Source: an uncultured Lentisphaeraceae bacterium (GTDB taxonomy: Bacteria; Verrucomicrobiota; Kiritimatiellia; RFP12; DVOR01). Taken from it: a stretch of DNA of 64,000 bases. Position numbers and translations under genes: made by a program. The stretch lies in contig CASDPK010000003.1 in NCBI GenBank assembly GCA_949282555.1, positions 6,865 to 70,864 on the forward strand. The letters are read 5' to 3'. Each line of letters begins with the position of its first letter. Position 1 is the stretch's first letter. This document shows positions 40,010-52,162 of the stretch, one piece after another. The notes under the pieces were generated by a model. The model was not told where the DNA came from. It saw only the letters and a list, made by a program, of their open reading frames with translations, and did not search any database.

Positions 40010-42502
40010 TTATTTGACGTGGAAGGGCTCCAAGTGCCAAATGTCGCGGGCGTATTCGGTGATGGTGCGGTCGCTGGAGAACTTGCCGGCGGAGGCAACG
40101 TTCATGAGCGAGGCCTTGTTCCATGCGGCCGTGTTCCGATAGAGGGCCTCGGCGCGGTCCTGGGCGCGGATGTAGTCGGGCAGGTCCTTGAGGAGCATGT
40201 AGTAATCGTTGTAGTCGAGGAGGTTCTTGAGCAAGGGCTCGAAGACGCCGGGAGCCATCAGGGAGAAGACATTGCGGCGGATCATGTCGAGCGCACGCTT
40301 GATCTCGGGGTCCTTTTCGTAGATGGCCTTGGAGTTGTAGGTCGGGCGGAGCTTCTCCACTTCCTCGGTCCGCAGGCCGAAGATGAAGATGTTGTCTTCG
40401 CCCACTTCCTCGGCGATCTCAACGTTGGCGCCATCGAGCGTGCCCAAGGTGAGGGCGCCATTGAGCATGAGCTTCATGTTACCGGTGCCGGAGGCCTCGG
40501 TGCCGGCGAGCGAGATCTGCTCGGAGACGTTGGCGGCCGGGATGATCTTCTCGGCGAGGGAGACGCGGTAATCGGGCAGGAATGCCACGGCGATGCGGCC
40601 CTTGACGAGGGGATGATTGTTGACCACGGAGGCGACGCCATGGATGAGGCGGATGATCAGCTTCGCGATCCAGTAACCGGGCGCGGCCTTGGCGCCGAAG
40701 ACGAAGACGCGAGGATACGTCTCCATGTCGGGCTTTTCGATGAGGCGGTTGAAGAGCACGATGATGTAGAGCACGAGCAGGAGCTGGCGCTTATATTCGT
40801 GCAGACGCTTCACCTGAACGTCGAAGATGGCGTCAGGGCTCACCTGGAAACCGAGCGTGTTGAAGATTGTGTTGGCAAGGATTTGCTTGTTGGCGCGCTT
40901 GATCTCGGCGAAGCGCTCAAGGAAGGCCGCATCGTTCGCGAACTTCTTGAGGCCGGAAAGCTGCGAAAGATCGGTGATCCAGCCGTCGCCGATGGATTCG
41001 GTGATCAGCCCGGCGAGGCGGGGGTTGGCCTTGAGCAACCAACGCCGCTGGGTGATACCGTTGGTCTTGTTGGAGAAGTGGGTGGGCATCACGTCGTAGA
41101 AATCCTTGAAGATGGTCTTCTTGAGGATTTCCGTGTGAAGCGCCGCCACGCCATTCACCGCACTGGAACCCACGAGGCAGAGGTTGGCCATGCGCACGAA
41201 CTTGTCGCCGCTTTCGTCGATGAGGCTCATGCGGCTGAGGCGCGCGAGGTCGCCGGGATAGAGGTTGGCAATCTCCTGGAGGAAACGCGCGTTGATCTCG
41301 TAGATGATTTGGAGATGGCGGGGGAGGACACGCCCCATCAAGGGAACGGCCCAACGCTCGAGGGCTTCGGGCAGGACGGTGTGGTTGGTGTAGCCCACGC
41401 AAGCGCGGACATACGTCCACGCCTCATCCCATGCGATGCCTTCCACGTCCACGAGAATGCGCATCAATTCGGGGATGACGAGGGTGGGGTGGGTGTCGTT
41501 CAACTGGATGAAGACATACTTCGGCAGATGGCGCCACTCGTGCCCTTCTTCCTTGAACCGGCGGAGAATGTCATGGACGCTTGCCGCCACGAAGAGGTAC
41601 TGCTGGCGGAGGCGGAGCTCCTTGCCCTGCGTGGTGGAATCGTTGGGGTAGAGCACCTTGGTGAGGTTCTCGGCAAGCACCTTGCTCTCGACGGCTTCCA
41701 CGTAGTCGCCACGGTTGAACTCATCGAGCGAGAACTCGTTGGTGGCTTTGGCGCTCCACAGGCGAAGCGTCCCAACGGTGGAACCCTTGTACCCGACGAT
41801 GGGAAGATCGTACGGCACGGCCTGCACCTGCTGGGCAGGAACCCAGACCCACTCATCGCGCCCGGTGCGCCCGGTGTAGTGCTCGACATGACCGCCAAAG
41901 CCAACGAGGCAGGAATATTCGGGGCGCTGGATTTCCCAAGGATAACCGTATTTGAGCCAGTTGTCGGGCTCCTCGCGCTGTTCGCCCTGCTGGATGCGCT
42001 GGCGGAAGATGCCGTAATCGTAGCGCAGGCCATAACCGGTGGCGGGGAGGTTCAGCGTGGCCAACGAGTCGAGGAAACACGCCGCCAAACGGCCGAGGCC
42101 GCCATTGCCGAGACCGGCATCCATCTCGTAGTCGCGCAGACGGTTCCAATCGAGGCCGAGCGAGTCCATCGCCTCGCGGCATTGCTGCTCCAAGCCCAAG
42201 TTGATGACGTTGTTGCCAAGCAGACGCCCGATGAGGAACTCGAGCGAAAGATAATAGACGCGGCGCACCTTCGCGGCACGGTAGGCATCTTGCGTGGCCA
42301 TCCAGCGGTCCACGATGCGGTCACGCACGGCATAGGCCAACGCCTTGTAGCAGTCGCGCTCCGTGGCGCGGTCGCCGCTTTTGGCCAAGGAAAAGCGCAT
42401 GTTCCAGAGAAAATCCTGCGCCAATCCTTCGGAGGTCAGCTCCGCAGAGGGGTGATTGCCGGGCAACACAACGGTGCCGTTTTTCTTCTTGGGGGTACTC
42501 AT
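40010..42502 (-). CDS. glgP: Glycogen/alpha-glucan phosphorylase
   Basis: 830 aa, GT35 family. PLP-lysine region EASGTGNMKLMLNGALTLGTLDGANVEI. Confidence 0.93.
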   Translation of the reverse strand: MSTPKKKNGTVVLPGNHPSAELTSEGLAQDFLWNMRFSLAKSGDRATERDCYKALAYAVRDRIVDRWMATQDAYRAAKVRRVYYLSLEFLIGRLLGNNVINLGLEQQCREAMDSLGLDWNRLRDYEMDAGLGNGGLGRLAACFLDSLATLNLPATGYGLRYDYGIFRQRIQQGEQREEPDNWLKYGYPWEIQRPEYSCLVGFGGHVEHYTGRTGRDEWVWVPAQQVQAVPYDLPIVGYKGSTVGTLRLWSAKATNEFSLDEFNRGDYVEAVESKVLAENLTKVLYPNDSTTQGKELRLRQQYLFVAASVHDILRRFKEEGHEWRHLPKYVFIQLNDTHPTLVIPELMRILVDVEGIAWDEAWTYVRACVGYTNHTVLPEALERWAVPLMGRVLPRHLQIIYEINARFLQEIANLYPGDLARLSRMSLIDESGDKFVRMANLCLVGSSAVNGVAALHTEILKKTIFKDFYDVMPTHFSNKTNGITQRRWLLKANPRLAGLITESIGDGWITDLSQLSGLKKFANDAAFLERFAEIKRANKQILANTIFNTLGFQVSPDAIFDVQVKRLHEYKRQLLLVLYIIVLFNRLIEKPDMETYPRVFVFGAKAAPGYWIAKLIIRLIHGVASVVNNHPLVKGRIAVAFLPDYRVSLAEKIIPAANVSEQISLAGTEASGTGNMKLMLNGALTLGTLDGANVEIAEEVGEDNIFIFGLRTEEVEKLRPTYNSKAIYEKDPEIKRALDMIRRNVFSLMAPGVFEPLLKNLLDYNDYYMLLKDLPDYIRAQDRAEALYRNTAAWNKASLMNVASAGKFSSDRTITEYARDIWHLEPFHVK

Positions 42503-42521
42503 CTCTCTCTCCTGGTGTCAC

Positions 42522-42842
42522 TCAGTCCTTAAGTTTGTTCCGGGCTTCGTTCACGCGAAGCTCACGGCCCATGACCTTTTTCCCGTGCAACGCACGGATG
42601 GCGGCCTCGGCCTCCGGGCGGCGGATCATCGTCACGAACCCGAACCCTTTGCTCCGGTGGCTGTGACGATTTTCGACGACGCGGGCACTCCGAACGGTGC
42701 CGTATTTGGCGAAAGCCTTGCGGAGTTGGTCGTCTGTCATGTCGTAACTCAGGTTCCCGACATAGATTTCAATGAGCTCCTGCGGTCCTTTCGGGGCACC
42801 GCCGCGGCCGAACAACCGGCCGATGAACGAAAACAGGCTCAT
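42522..42842 (-). CDS. RRM-type RNA-binding protein
   Basis: RNP2 (IYVGNL) and RNP1 (KGFGFVTM) motifs. Confidence 0.8.
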   Translation of the reverse strand: MSLFSFIGRLFGRGGAPKGPQELIEIYVGNLSYDMTDDQLRKAFAKYGTVRSARVVENRHSHRSKGFGFVTMIRRPEAEAAIRALHGKKVMGRELRVNEARNKLKD

Positions 42843-42953
42843 GTTCTTTGGTCTCTTTTCTCTTTGGTTCCATTCCGGGGCACCTCAAAAGGGAGCAGGT
42901 CCCCCGCGTGACGTTCGGGCCGCGTTATTGGAGGTCCACGCGGCCCAGGGCCC

Positions 42954-45098
<2,145 letters not shown>

Positions 45099-45242
45099 GC
45101 CTCAGAAACTCCTGATTGCGCCAACATACACCAGCAATGCTCGGCAATGCTTACGGTATATAATTCTACCAAAAACACATCCGCCGGTCTCACAAAAAAT
45201 TGGATATCCGAATTTCTGAATTGCGAGGGCGATAAAAAAGGC

Positions 45243-45271
45243 TTGCATGGCGTCTTTGGGTTTGGCATAAT
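45243..45271 (+). promoter_or_regulatory. Candidate promoter for tRNA-Gln
   Basis: TTGCAT, a 17-nt spacer, then CATAAT. The predicted start is about 13 nt before the tRNA 5' end. Confidence 0.5.
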
Positions 45272-45291
45272 ATGCCGCGTTTTACATCCGT

Positions 45292-45365
45292 TGCCTCGTG
45301 GTGTAATGGTAGCACAACTGACTCTGGATCAGTTTGTCAAGGTTCGAATCCTTGCGAGGCAACCA
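45292..45365 (+). tRNA. tRNA-Gln (anticodon CTG)
   Basis: Manual fold. Acceptor TGCCTCG/CGAGGCA. D-arm GTGT-AATGGTA-GCAC. Anticodon stem ACTGA/TCAGT with loop CTCTGGA. T-arm CAAGG-TTCGAAT-CCTTG. 3' ACCA. Confidence 0.8.
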
Positions 45366-45371
45366 ATTTTG

Positions 45372-45401
45372 AGACTGTAGGGCGTGCTCTACAGTCTTTT
45401 T
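45372..45401 (+). terminator. Intrinsic terminator after the tRNA
   Basis: AGACTGTAG-ggcgtgct-CTACAGTCT followed by TTTT. Confidence 0.75.
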
Positions 45402-45424
45402 AGTTTGTCAGCAAGGAGATTGCC

Positions 45425-45907
45425 ATGGTCGAGAGCCTTTTGGAAATCCTTCGGAGCAATGCCAAGGAGTCGCCGGAAAACATGGCCCGGATGCTTGGTG
45501 TGCAGCCCGGGGAAGTGGAGGAAGCCATTGCGCGGTTGGAACGCGAGGGCGTGATCCGTGGTTGGCAGGCGATCATCAACGACGATTTGGTGCCCAAAGA
45601 ACACGTGACCGCCGTGATCGAGGTGCGCGTGACCCCGGAGCGGGAGGGCGGATTCAACCGGGTGGCCGAGCGTGTGAGCCGGTTCGACGAGGTGGAGGCC
45701 GCCTATCTCATGAGCGGGGCCTACGATCTCTTGCTTTTCGTGAGCGGGGAGAATCTGCTGTCGGTGGCCCGGTTCGTGAGCGAGAAATTGTCCACCATCC
45801 ATGGCGTTCTTTCCACGGCCACGCACTTCAAGCTGAAGACTTACAAGCAGAGCGGGGTGTTGATGGCCAAGCCCGGCGAGGATGGGCGTCTGGTGGTGAG
45901 CCCATGA
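45425..45907 (+). CDS. lrp: Lrp/AsnC-family transcriptional regulator
   Basis: N-terminal HTH and C-terminal RAM domain. RBS aaggag lies upstream. Confidence 0.85.
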   Translation: MVESLLEILRSNAKESPENMARMLGVQPGEVEEAIARLEREGVIRGWQAIINDDLVPKEHVTAVIEVRVTPEREGGFNRVAERVSRFDEVEAAYLMSGAYDLLLFVSGENLLSVARFVSEKLSTIHGVLSTATHFKLKTYKQSGVLMAKPGEDGRLVVSP

Positions 45908-47076
45908 ACACCGATCCGAAGAAACGGTTGGCCCGGCATATCGTAGGATTGCCGAAAAGTGGCATTCGTGAGTTTTTTGACATCGTGAGCACGCGCCAAG
46001 GCGTGATTTCGCTTGCCATCGGCGAGCCGGATTTTGACACGCCGTGGCATATTCGCGAGGCTGCGATGTTCTCCCTGGAGCAAGGGGCCACGCACTACAC
46101 GGGCAATGCCGGATTGATGGCGTTGCGTCGGGCCATTGCCGATTATGTGCAAGCGAACTTCGGCGGAACGTATGATCCGGCGCACGAAGTCCTTGTCACG
46201 GTCGGGGCATCCGAGGGGCTTGATGTCGCTTTGCGCGCGATCCTCAATCCCGGGGACGAGGTGCTTTATCATGAGCCGTGCTTCGTGAGCTACGGGCCGG
46301 AAATCGCCATGGCGCACGGCGTCCCGGTTCCTGTGGAGACGCGGGCGGAGGACAATTTCCGCCTTTCGGTGGAGGCGCTGGAGGCGAAGGTGACCCCGCG
46401 CACCAAGGCGCTCGTCGTCAACTTCCCCAACAATCCGACGGGTGCCGTGTTGGAACGCGAGGATGTGGAGGCCATCGCCGAATTCGCGTTGCGTCACGAT
46501 TTGTTGGTGATTGCCGATGAGATTTACGCGGAGCTTACCTGGGGCGGACGGCGGCATGTGTCGTTTGCCTCGATTCCCGCGTTGCACGATCGGTTGATCC
46601 TTCACCACGGCTACTCCAAGGCTTGGGCAATGACCGGATTCCGCATGGGCTACGTTTGTGCCCCGGCGTGGATGATGGACACCATTCTCAAGATTCACCA
46701 GTATGCCATCATGTGCGCGAGCACGGCTTCGCAGTATGCGGCGCTTGAGGCGATGCGTCAGCCGGCCGAAGACATGGCCCCGATGCTTCGGGCCTACGAG
46801 CAACGCCGCAATTTCTTGCGCGCGGCTTTCGCCGAAGCAGGCATCCCGATGCACAATCCCGCGGGAGCCTTCTATGCCTTCCCGAACATTTCCCGGTTCG
46901 GCCTCTCTTCCCGGGAGTTCGCCGTGCGGTTGCTGGACGCGGAAAACGTTGCCGTCGTTCCGGGGACGGCGTTCGGCGCCTGCGGAGAGGGATTTGTGCG
47001 CTGTTCCTATGCCACAGGGATGGAGCAGCTCAAGGAAGCCGCCAAGCGTATCGCCCGCTTCGTCGGGACCCTGTGA
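45904..47076 (+). CDS. PLP-dependent class I aminotransferase
   Basis: PLP-lysine region (HGYSKAWAMTGFRMGY) and NPTG motif. ATG overlaps the lrp stop. Confidence 0.88.
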   Translation: MNTDPKKRLARHIVGLPKSGIREFFDIVSTRQGVISLAIGEPDFDTPWHIREAAMFSLEQGATHYTGNAGLMALRRAIADYVQANFGGTYDPAHEVLVTVGASEGLDVALRAILNPGDEVLYHEPCFVSYGPEIAMAHGVPVPVETRAEDNFRLSVEALEAKVTPRTKALVVNFPNNPTGAVLEREDVEAIAEFALRHDLLVIADEIYAELTWGGRRHVSFASIPALHDRLILHHGYSKAWAMTGFRMGYVCAPAWMMDTILKIHQYAIMCASTASQYAALEAMRQPAEDMAPMLRAYEQRRNFLRAAFAEAGIPMHNPAGAFYAFPNISRFGLSSREFAVRLLDAENVAVVPGTAFGACGEGFVRCSYATGMEQLKEAAKRIARFVGTL

Positions 47077-47108
47077 ACGTTGCCATAGCGCCAAGGAGTT
47101 TCGCCATC

Positions 47109-47999
47109 ATGCAGCAGAACGCCACCGCCAGACCCAAGATCGCCGTCGTCACCCGCGATGAGGAGGGGCTCTCGCTTCAGGATTTCCTCGCCGGCCGTCT
47201 TGGGGTCACCAAGCGTGCCGCCAAAGCGATGATCGATGCCCGCGTGGTGTGGGTGAACCGAAAGCTTGTGTGGATGGCGCGTCATCCTGTGAACCCCGGC
47301 GACAAGGTCGCCTTTGTCGTGACGCGCAACACGGGGGCGAAGCAGGATAAGTCCACCGAGGCAAGGCCGCACATCCGCGTGCTGTGGCAGGATGACGACT
47401 ATCTTGCGGCGGACAAGCCCGCGGGCATCCTCACGCAGGGGCGTGATTCCGCCGAGGAGCTTTTGCGCACGCAGGAGGGAATCCCCGCCCTTCAAGCGGT
47501 TCACCGACTTGACCGGGAAACGTCTGGGGTGCTTTTCTTTGCGAAACACGCCGAGGCGCTTGAAGCCGCGATTGCGATGTTTAAGACGCATCGTGTGACG
47601 AAGATCTACGCCGCGATTGCCGCCGGCGGTGTGGAGCGGCAGGCTTCCACGCTCAGCGAAGCCCTCGATGGGGAGCGTGCCGTCACGCACCTTAAACGGC
47701 TCCAATCCAATGCGGACGCGTCGTTCCTTTCCCTGCGCATTGAAACCGGGCGAACGCATCAGATCCGCCGTCACCTTGCGGGCATTCGGCATCCGATCGT
47801 GGGCGACCGACAGTATGGCGTCAAGCACTCGGACGACCCGCGCGTGCTTTCCGTGACCCGGCAGATGCTGCACGCTTCGGAACTTGAGCTCCCACATCCC
47901 ATGCTGTTGGGGCAGCACATCAAGGCTCATGCCCCGTTGCCTGCCGATTTCCGTGCGGCGCTCAAGTTGTTTGGCCTTGGGAAAAAGGGCGGCCGCTAA
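47109..47999 (+). CDS. RluA-family pseudouridine synthase with N-terminal S4 domain
   Basis: Catalytic HRLDRETSGVL motif. RBS aaggag lies upstream. An alternative GTG start lies at 47073. Confidence 0.85.
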   Translation: MQQNATARPKIAVVTRDEEGLSLQDFLAGRLGVTKRAAKAMIDARVVWVNRKLVWMARHPVNPGDKVAFVVTRNTGAKQDKSTEARPHIRVLWQDDDYLAADKPAGILTQGRDSAEELLRTQEGIPALQAVHRLDRETSGVLFFAKHAEALEAAIAMFKTHRVTKIYAAIAAGGVERQASTLSEALDGERAVTHLKRLQSNADASFLSLRIETGRTHQIRRHLAGIRHPIVGDRQYGVKHSDDPRVLSVTRQMLHASELELPHPMLLGQHIKAHAPLPADFRAALKLFGLGKKGGR

Positions 48000-48022
48000 G
48001 GGCCTCCACGGAGCTCCGGGCG

Positions 48023-48769
48023 TCACCGCATCGGCCGGGCCAAAGCGAGCACGTAGACCTTCGCGGCGCCGGCCTGTCGGAGCAGCCGCGCGCAAGCCTC
48101 GCAGGTGGCCCCGGTCGTCATCACGTCATCCACCAACAGAATCGTCTTTCCCTGGAGATGTCGGGGATGGGCGGTGCGATATGCGGCGGCGGCGTTGCGA
48201 AGGCGCCCTTCCCGCCGGAGCCGCGTTTGGGAAAGAACGTCTGTCCTGACGCGGCGCAACAGATGGGTTTTCAGCGGGATTCCTAATTGTCGGGCCACGC
48301 CCCGCGCCAAGAGTTCTGCCTGATTGTATCCCCTCGTCCGGAGTTTGGCCGCCTGCATGGGCACGGGGACAACGGCATCAAAGCGAAGCCCCAGCGGGGA
48401 AAGCCGGGCAAGATAGGTCGCGACAAGAAACCGCGTCAGATCATCCAAAAGCCAGAGGCCGTGGCGATATTTGAATGTTTGGATAAGATCCCGGATGGCG
48501 CCATCATAACGCGCGGCGATGAATGCCCGCTCGAAGGCCGGCCGGTGGCGCAGGCAGTCAGAACAGATGAAGTCGGGGCCCTCCGGCAACGCAGACTCGG
48601 CCCCGCAGAGCGTACACGACGGATTGCGGTGGAAGGAGATGCGCTCCAAGCACTCCGCACAGATATGCCCCTCCTCTCCCGCGGGGCGCCCGCAGAAGAA
48701 GCAATCCCGGGGGTACAGCAGATCCAACAGCCAACCAAACAGCCGCCTCACAGCGCAATTCCGAAGCAC
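48023..48769 (-). CDS. comF: ComF-family phosphoribosyltransferase-domain protein (GTG start)
   Basis: N-terminal double CxxC zinc-finger region. C-terminal PRTase motif (LLVDDVMTTGAT). Confidence 0.75.
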   Translation of the reverse strand: MLRNCAVRRLFGWLLDLLYPRDCFFCGRPAGEEGHICAECLERISFHRNPSCTLCGAESALPEGPDFICSDCLRHRPAFERAFIAARYDGAIRDLIQTFKYRHGLWLLDDLTRFLVATYLARLSPLGLRFDAVVPVPMQAAKLRTRGYNQAELLARGVARQLGIPLKTHLLRRVRTDVLSQTRLRREGRLRNAAAAYRTAHPRHLQGKTILLVDDVMTTGATCEACARLLRQAGAAKVYVLALARPMR

Positions 48770-49320
48770 CGCAGGCCAACCCCCAGCACCCCGCCCAGCA
48801 GAATCAACGAGATGGCGCCGAGGCGGATGAATTGCGTCAGGAGGAGGAGCGCCGCCGCCAATCCAGCGGAATACCAGCGGAATCCGCTCCCTTCAGGGCA
48901 AAGGGTGTGAAGCAGGAGCGTGAACGCCGCCGCGCCGATCAATCCAACGACCACAGGCTTTGCGCCTTCCAAGGCCGCACGAACCGACCAGTGCCGCATG
49001 GCGTAATGAAACACCCCCGCTATCAACAAGATAATCACAAGGGAGGGGACGATGACCCCGCCCGTGGAGCATAAACTCCCCAAAAGGCCGCTCCCTCCGG
49101 CTTCCTGCGCGGCATGGACGCCCGCGAACGTTGAAATGTTGATGGCAAACGGCCCCGGGGTGCTTTCGGCGATGCCCACGAATTCGGTGAACTGCTCCGC
49201 CGTCATCCACCCGTGCCGCTCAATGACCTCGTGCTGGATGAGCGGAATCATGGCGTATCCGCCACCAATGGTGAAAAGCCCAACCTTGAAAAACGTCCAA
49301 AAGAGCGTGAGATAAATCAT
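48748..49320 (-). CDS. Chromate transporter family protein (second half-size ChrA)
   Basis: MIYLTLFWTFFKVGLFTIGGGYAMIPL... matches the ChrA signature. Overlaps the upstream half-gene by ATGA. Confidence 0.8.
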   Translation of the reverse strand: MIYLTLFWTFFKVGLFTIGGGYAMIPLIQHEVIERHGWMTAEQFTEFVGIAESTPGPFAINISTFAGVHAAQEAGGSGLLGSLCSTGGVIVPSLVIILLIAGVFHYAMRHWSVRAALEGAKPVVVGLIGAAAFTLLLHTLCPEGSGFRWYSAGLAAALLLLTQFIRLGAISLILLGGVLGVGLRCFGIAL

Positions 49321-49940
49321 GACTGGGCCTTGTCCCGGAGTCGTGGAAGCACGCCGTGCCACAACACGCCGAACAACAATCCACCCAAAACGATCCAAAT
49401 GGCGCTGACGGGCGTGAAGGCCACCAATCCGAAGGCCAACGCCCCGGTGAGGAGATTGACGGCGGTTCGCCGCACGCCATGCCCCATCCGCACGAACGCC
49501 CGGGCGATGAGCACAACGGCCGCCACGCGGATGCCCGCGAGGGCGGAGGCCACCCACACGTTCTCACGGAGGGCCAGATAACAGGAACTGATGAGCACAA
49601 TCACCAGCCACGCGGGAAAAACCAGCGCCACCGTCGCCACAAGTCCGCCAAGGACGCCCGCGATGCGGTATCCCACGAATGTGGCCGTATTCACCGCAAT
49701 CGGGCCGGGCGTGCTTTCCCCCACGGTAATGATGTGCAGCAGTTCCTCCGAAGTCAGCCAATGCCGACGCTGAACCAGCTCTTCCTCTAGGAGCGCCACG
49801 ATGGCGTAGCCTCCGCCGAACGTGATCCCGCCAAACTTCCCGAACGTCAGCGTCAGGGCCAACAATCGCTCACCCAAAGAGGTCACCGGCTCAGAGGGCG
49901 TCCCGCCCTCCGCCGGTGATGCTTCCTTTTGCGGGTCCAT
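49317..49940 (-). CDS. Chromate transporter family protein (first half-size ChrA)
   Basis: FGKFGGITFGGGYAIVALLEEE... matches the ChrA signature. An alternative ATG lies at 49961. Confidence 0.78.
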   Translation of the reverse strand: MDPQKEASPAEGGTPSEPVTSLGERLLALTLTFGKFGGITFGGGYAIVALLEEELVQRRHWLTSEELLHIITVGESTPGPIAVNTATFVGYRIAGVLGGLVATVALVFPAWLVIVLISSCYLALRENVWVASALAGIRVAAVVLIARAFVRMGHGVRRTAVNLLTGALAFGLVAFTPVSAIWIVLGGLLFGVLWHGVLPRLRDKAQS

Positions 49941-49957
49941 CTGCATCCGCAAGCGAC

Positions 49958-51247
49958 TCAAAGCCCAGCTTCAAGCCGTTGCTTCACGGTGGCAAGATCG
50001 GTTTCGGCCGGCGCGGCCCCCGAGCGCACGGCGGCCTCGGCCACCGCGTAGGAGACGACGGCGTACAGACGGCGGTCAAACGCCTTGGGAATGATGTACT
50101 GCGGGCCAAACGTCAGGTTCTCTTCGGGATACAACGCCTGCACATCGGCGGGGACGGGCTCACGCGCCAGCAAGGCCAACGCATTGGAAGCCGCCACCTT
50201 CATCTCGGTGTTGATCGTGCGGGCGCGCACATCCAACGCCCCGCGGAAGAGGAAGGGGAAGCCGAGCACATTGTTGATTTGGTTCGGATGATCCGAACGC
50301 CCCGTGGCCATGACGTAGGGCCGCCCGGCCAACGCCTCCGCGACGACGGCGGGCTCAATCTCCGGGTCGGGGTTGGCCATCGCGAAGATGGCGGGGAAAT
50401 CGGCCATCGCCTTGACGTCTTCGCCGGTGAGCACGCCTGCGGCCGAAACGCCAATGAACACGTGCGCCCCCACAAGGGCCTCCTTCAACGTGCGGCACTC
50501 CGTCGCGACGGCATGGCGGCGCTTGTGCTCCGTGAGATCGGTGCGGTCGGCATGGATCACACCCTTGGAGTCGCACATCATGAGGTCACGCACGCCGGCC
50601 GCCTTGCACATGTCGGCAATGCGGATTCCGGCCGCGCCTGCGCCGTTGATCACCACACGCACGTCGGCCAACGCACGGCCGGTGAGGTGGGCGTAGTTGA
50701 TCAGCCCCGCCACGGTGATGACGGCGGTTCCCCACTGGTCATCGTGGAAAACCGGAATGTCCAACTCCTCGTCCAGCACGCGCTCAATCTCAAAGCACGC
50801 CGGGGCGGCGATATCTTCGAGGTTGATGCCGCCATACATCGGCGCGATGGCGCGCACGGCCTCAATCACACGCTGCGGATCGGTTTTGCCCGTATCCTTG
50901 CCGTCCTTCCGGCAGTGCGCCAACGGCACCGGCCAAGCATCCACCCCGGCAAAGCTCTTGAAGAGCGCCGCTTTCCCTTCCATCACGGGGATGGAAGCCG
51001 CGGCCCCCAAATCCCCCAAACCCAAAATCGCCGTGCCATCGGAGACAACGGCCACCAGATTGCGCTTGCTGGTCAGGTCAAAGACGGTTTCAGGCTTCGT
51101 GGCAATTTCCTTTACGGCCTGCGCCACGCCCGGCGTATAGGCCAAGCAAAGATCCTTCTGCGTCGCAAGCGGCTTGGACAATGCCACACGCACCTTGCCC
51201 CCGTCATGAAACGCAAACACCTCTTCCTTCGTGATCTGAACGGCCAT
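49958..51247 (-). CDS. NAD(P)-dependent malic enzyme
   Basis: MAVQITKEEVFAFHDGGK... with malic-enzyme NAD-binding motifs. RBS gaggaaagga lies upstream of ATG 51247. Confidence 0.9.
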   Translation of the reverse strand: MAVQITKEEVFAFHDGGKVRVALSKPLATQKDLCLAYTPGVAQAVKEIATKPETVFDLTSKRNLVAVVSDGTAILGLGDLGAAASIPVMEGKAALFKSFAGVDAWPVPLAHCRKDGKDTGKTDPQRVIEAVRAIAPMYGGINLEDIAAPACFEIERVLDEELDIPVFHDDQWGTAVITVAGLINYAHLTGRALADVRVVINGAGAAGIRIADMCKAAGVRDLMMCDSKGVIHADRTDLTEHKRRHAVATECRTLKEALVGAHVFIGVSAAGVLTGEDVKAMADFPAIFAMANPDPEIEPAVVAEALAGRPYVMATGRSDHPNQINNVLGFPFLFRGALDVRARTINTEMKVAASNALALLAREPVPADVQALYPEENLTFGPQYIIPKAFDRRLYAVVSYAVAEAAVRSGAAPAETDLATVKQRLEAGL

Positions 51248-51304
51248 GGCCAAAATCCTTTCCTCTAGGCGGAACTTGAAGCAAAACAAGTCCGCACAGT
51301 ATAG

Positions 51305-51437
51305 CATATTGAGGGGATGGTAACCTTGGTCGTTTTGGGGCGAAAGGTTGGGTGAATCGTTCACAACGGTGTTGCGCACTTCTAGAGCCGAAGCGAAGGA
51401 AGAGAAAAGATGGACGGGCTTTGGGCAAAGCAACGCG
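51305..51437. repeat. Direct repeat copy 1 (~133 bp), 5' of the malic enzyme gene
   Basis: Near-identical (2 substitutions, 1 indel) to 52163..52296. Contains the palindrome GTGAATCGTTCAC. Confidence 0.9.
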
Positions 51438-51441
51438 TTGT

Positions 51442-52095
51442 TCACTTAAACCATCGACAAAGGGTGTGACACGTGCGATAACGGGGATCAACCGCGGGGG
51501 CATTGTGTTTGACACGTATCTCAAATTCCGCTCGCTTGATGATTGCCACATCTTCCTTCGTTATGGAGTGAAAGAAAACAAACATCACATTTGCATGCCC
51601 ATCATAGAGCGCGGAGCGTATCAGGCAGAGATCCCATCGATTGCTAGGTTGCCATGTGCAATAGGAGGCAAACTCACCTTTGTAATTCTTCAAGTATGAG
51701 AGCAAATCGTATTCGCGTCGGATATGAAATAACTTATTGTCTACACAAACTCTGCGATCCGTGAGAAGATAGGTCGTGTTCCTCAGGTTGAGAAAGTTGA
51801 AAAAGGAACATATAAGGCAAAAGCCTCCCAATCCTGTCACAAGGATTGCCATAGAGCGAATTTGGATGGCGAACGTCAATTCAAAACAGGCGACCCAAAT
51901 CAGCGCGAGGCCAATGGTCGGGAAAAGCAACATACTCCATCGCAGATACACCTTATGGGGGCGCCCCTGCCAATACACGACCTCGTCCGAGGCGATTGCG
52001 ACCTCCTTCCAAGGCTCTCCGCGAGATGTCCGTATGAAATGCTTAAATAGCTTTAACCGGGGAGACCAAGACCATTCGCATCGATGCAGCGTCAT
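51442..52095 (-). CDS. Bacterial PH-domain (bPH_2/YdbS-like) membrane protein
   Basis: Two TM helices followed by a PH-like domain with YLLTDRRV. The gene is low-GC. Confidence 0.6.
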   Translation of the reverse strand: MTLHRCEWSWSPRLKLFKHFIRTSRGEPWKEVAIASDEVVYWQGRPHKVYLRWSMLLFPTIGLALIWVACFELTFAIQIRSMAILVTGLGGFCLICSFFNFLNLRNTTYLLTDRRVCVDNKLFHIRREYDLLSYLKNYKGEFASYCTWQPSNRWDLCLIRSALYDGHANVMFVFFHSITKEDVAIIKRAEFEIRVKHNAPAVDPRYRTCHTLCRWFK

Positions 52096-52162
52096 AACAC
52101 CTCCTATCTAGTACAACCTCTTTCCATCGTGATACGAAGCAAAACAATTTCATACGATATCA

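Noticed and set aside
45100-45240. TATAAT-like box (ggtatataattc) upstream of rpoD on the opposite strand, considered as an rpoD promoter
   Set aside because: No convincing -35 could be paired at 16-19 nt on the rpoD strand. It is left unannotated.
51204-51551. 115-aa minus-strand ORF (and 65-aa ORF 52150..52347) covering the 133-bp direct repeats
   Set aside because: The ORFs exist only because the repeat is stop-free in that frame. They have no RBS, one overlaps the malic-enzyme start region, and their sequence is nonsense-like. They are treated as non-coding repeat DNA.
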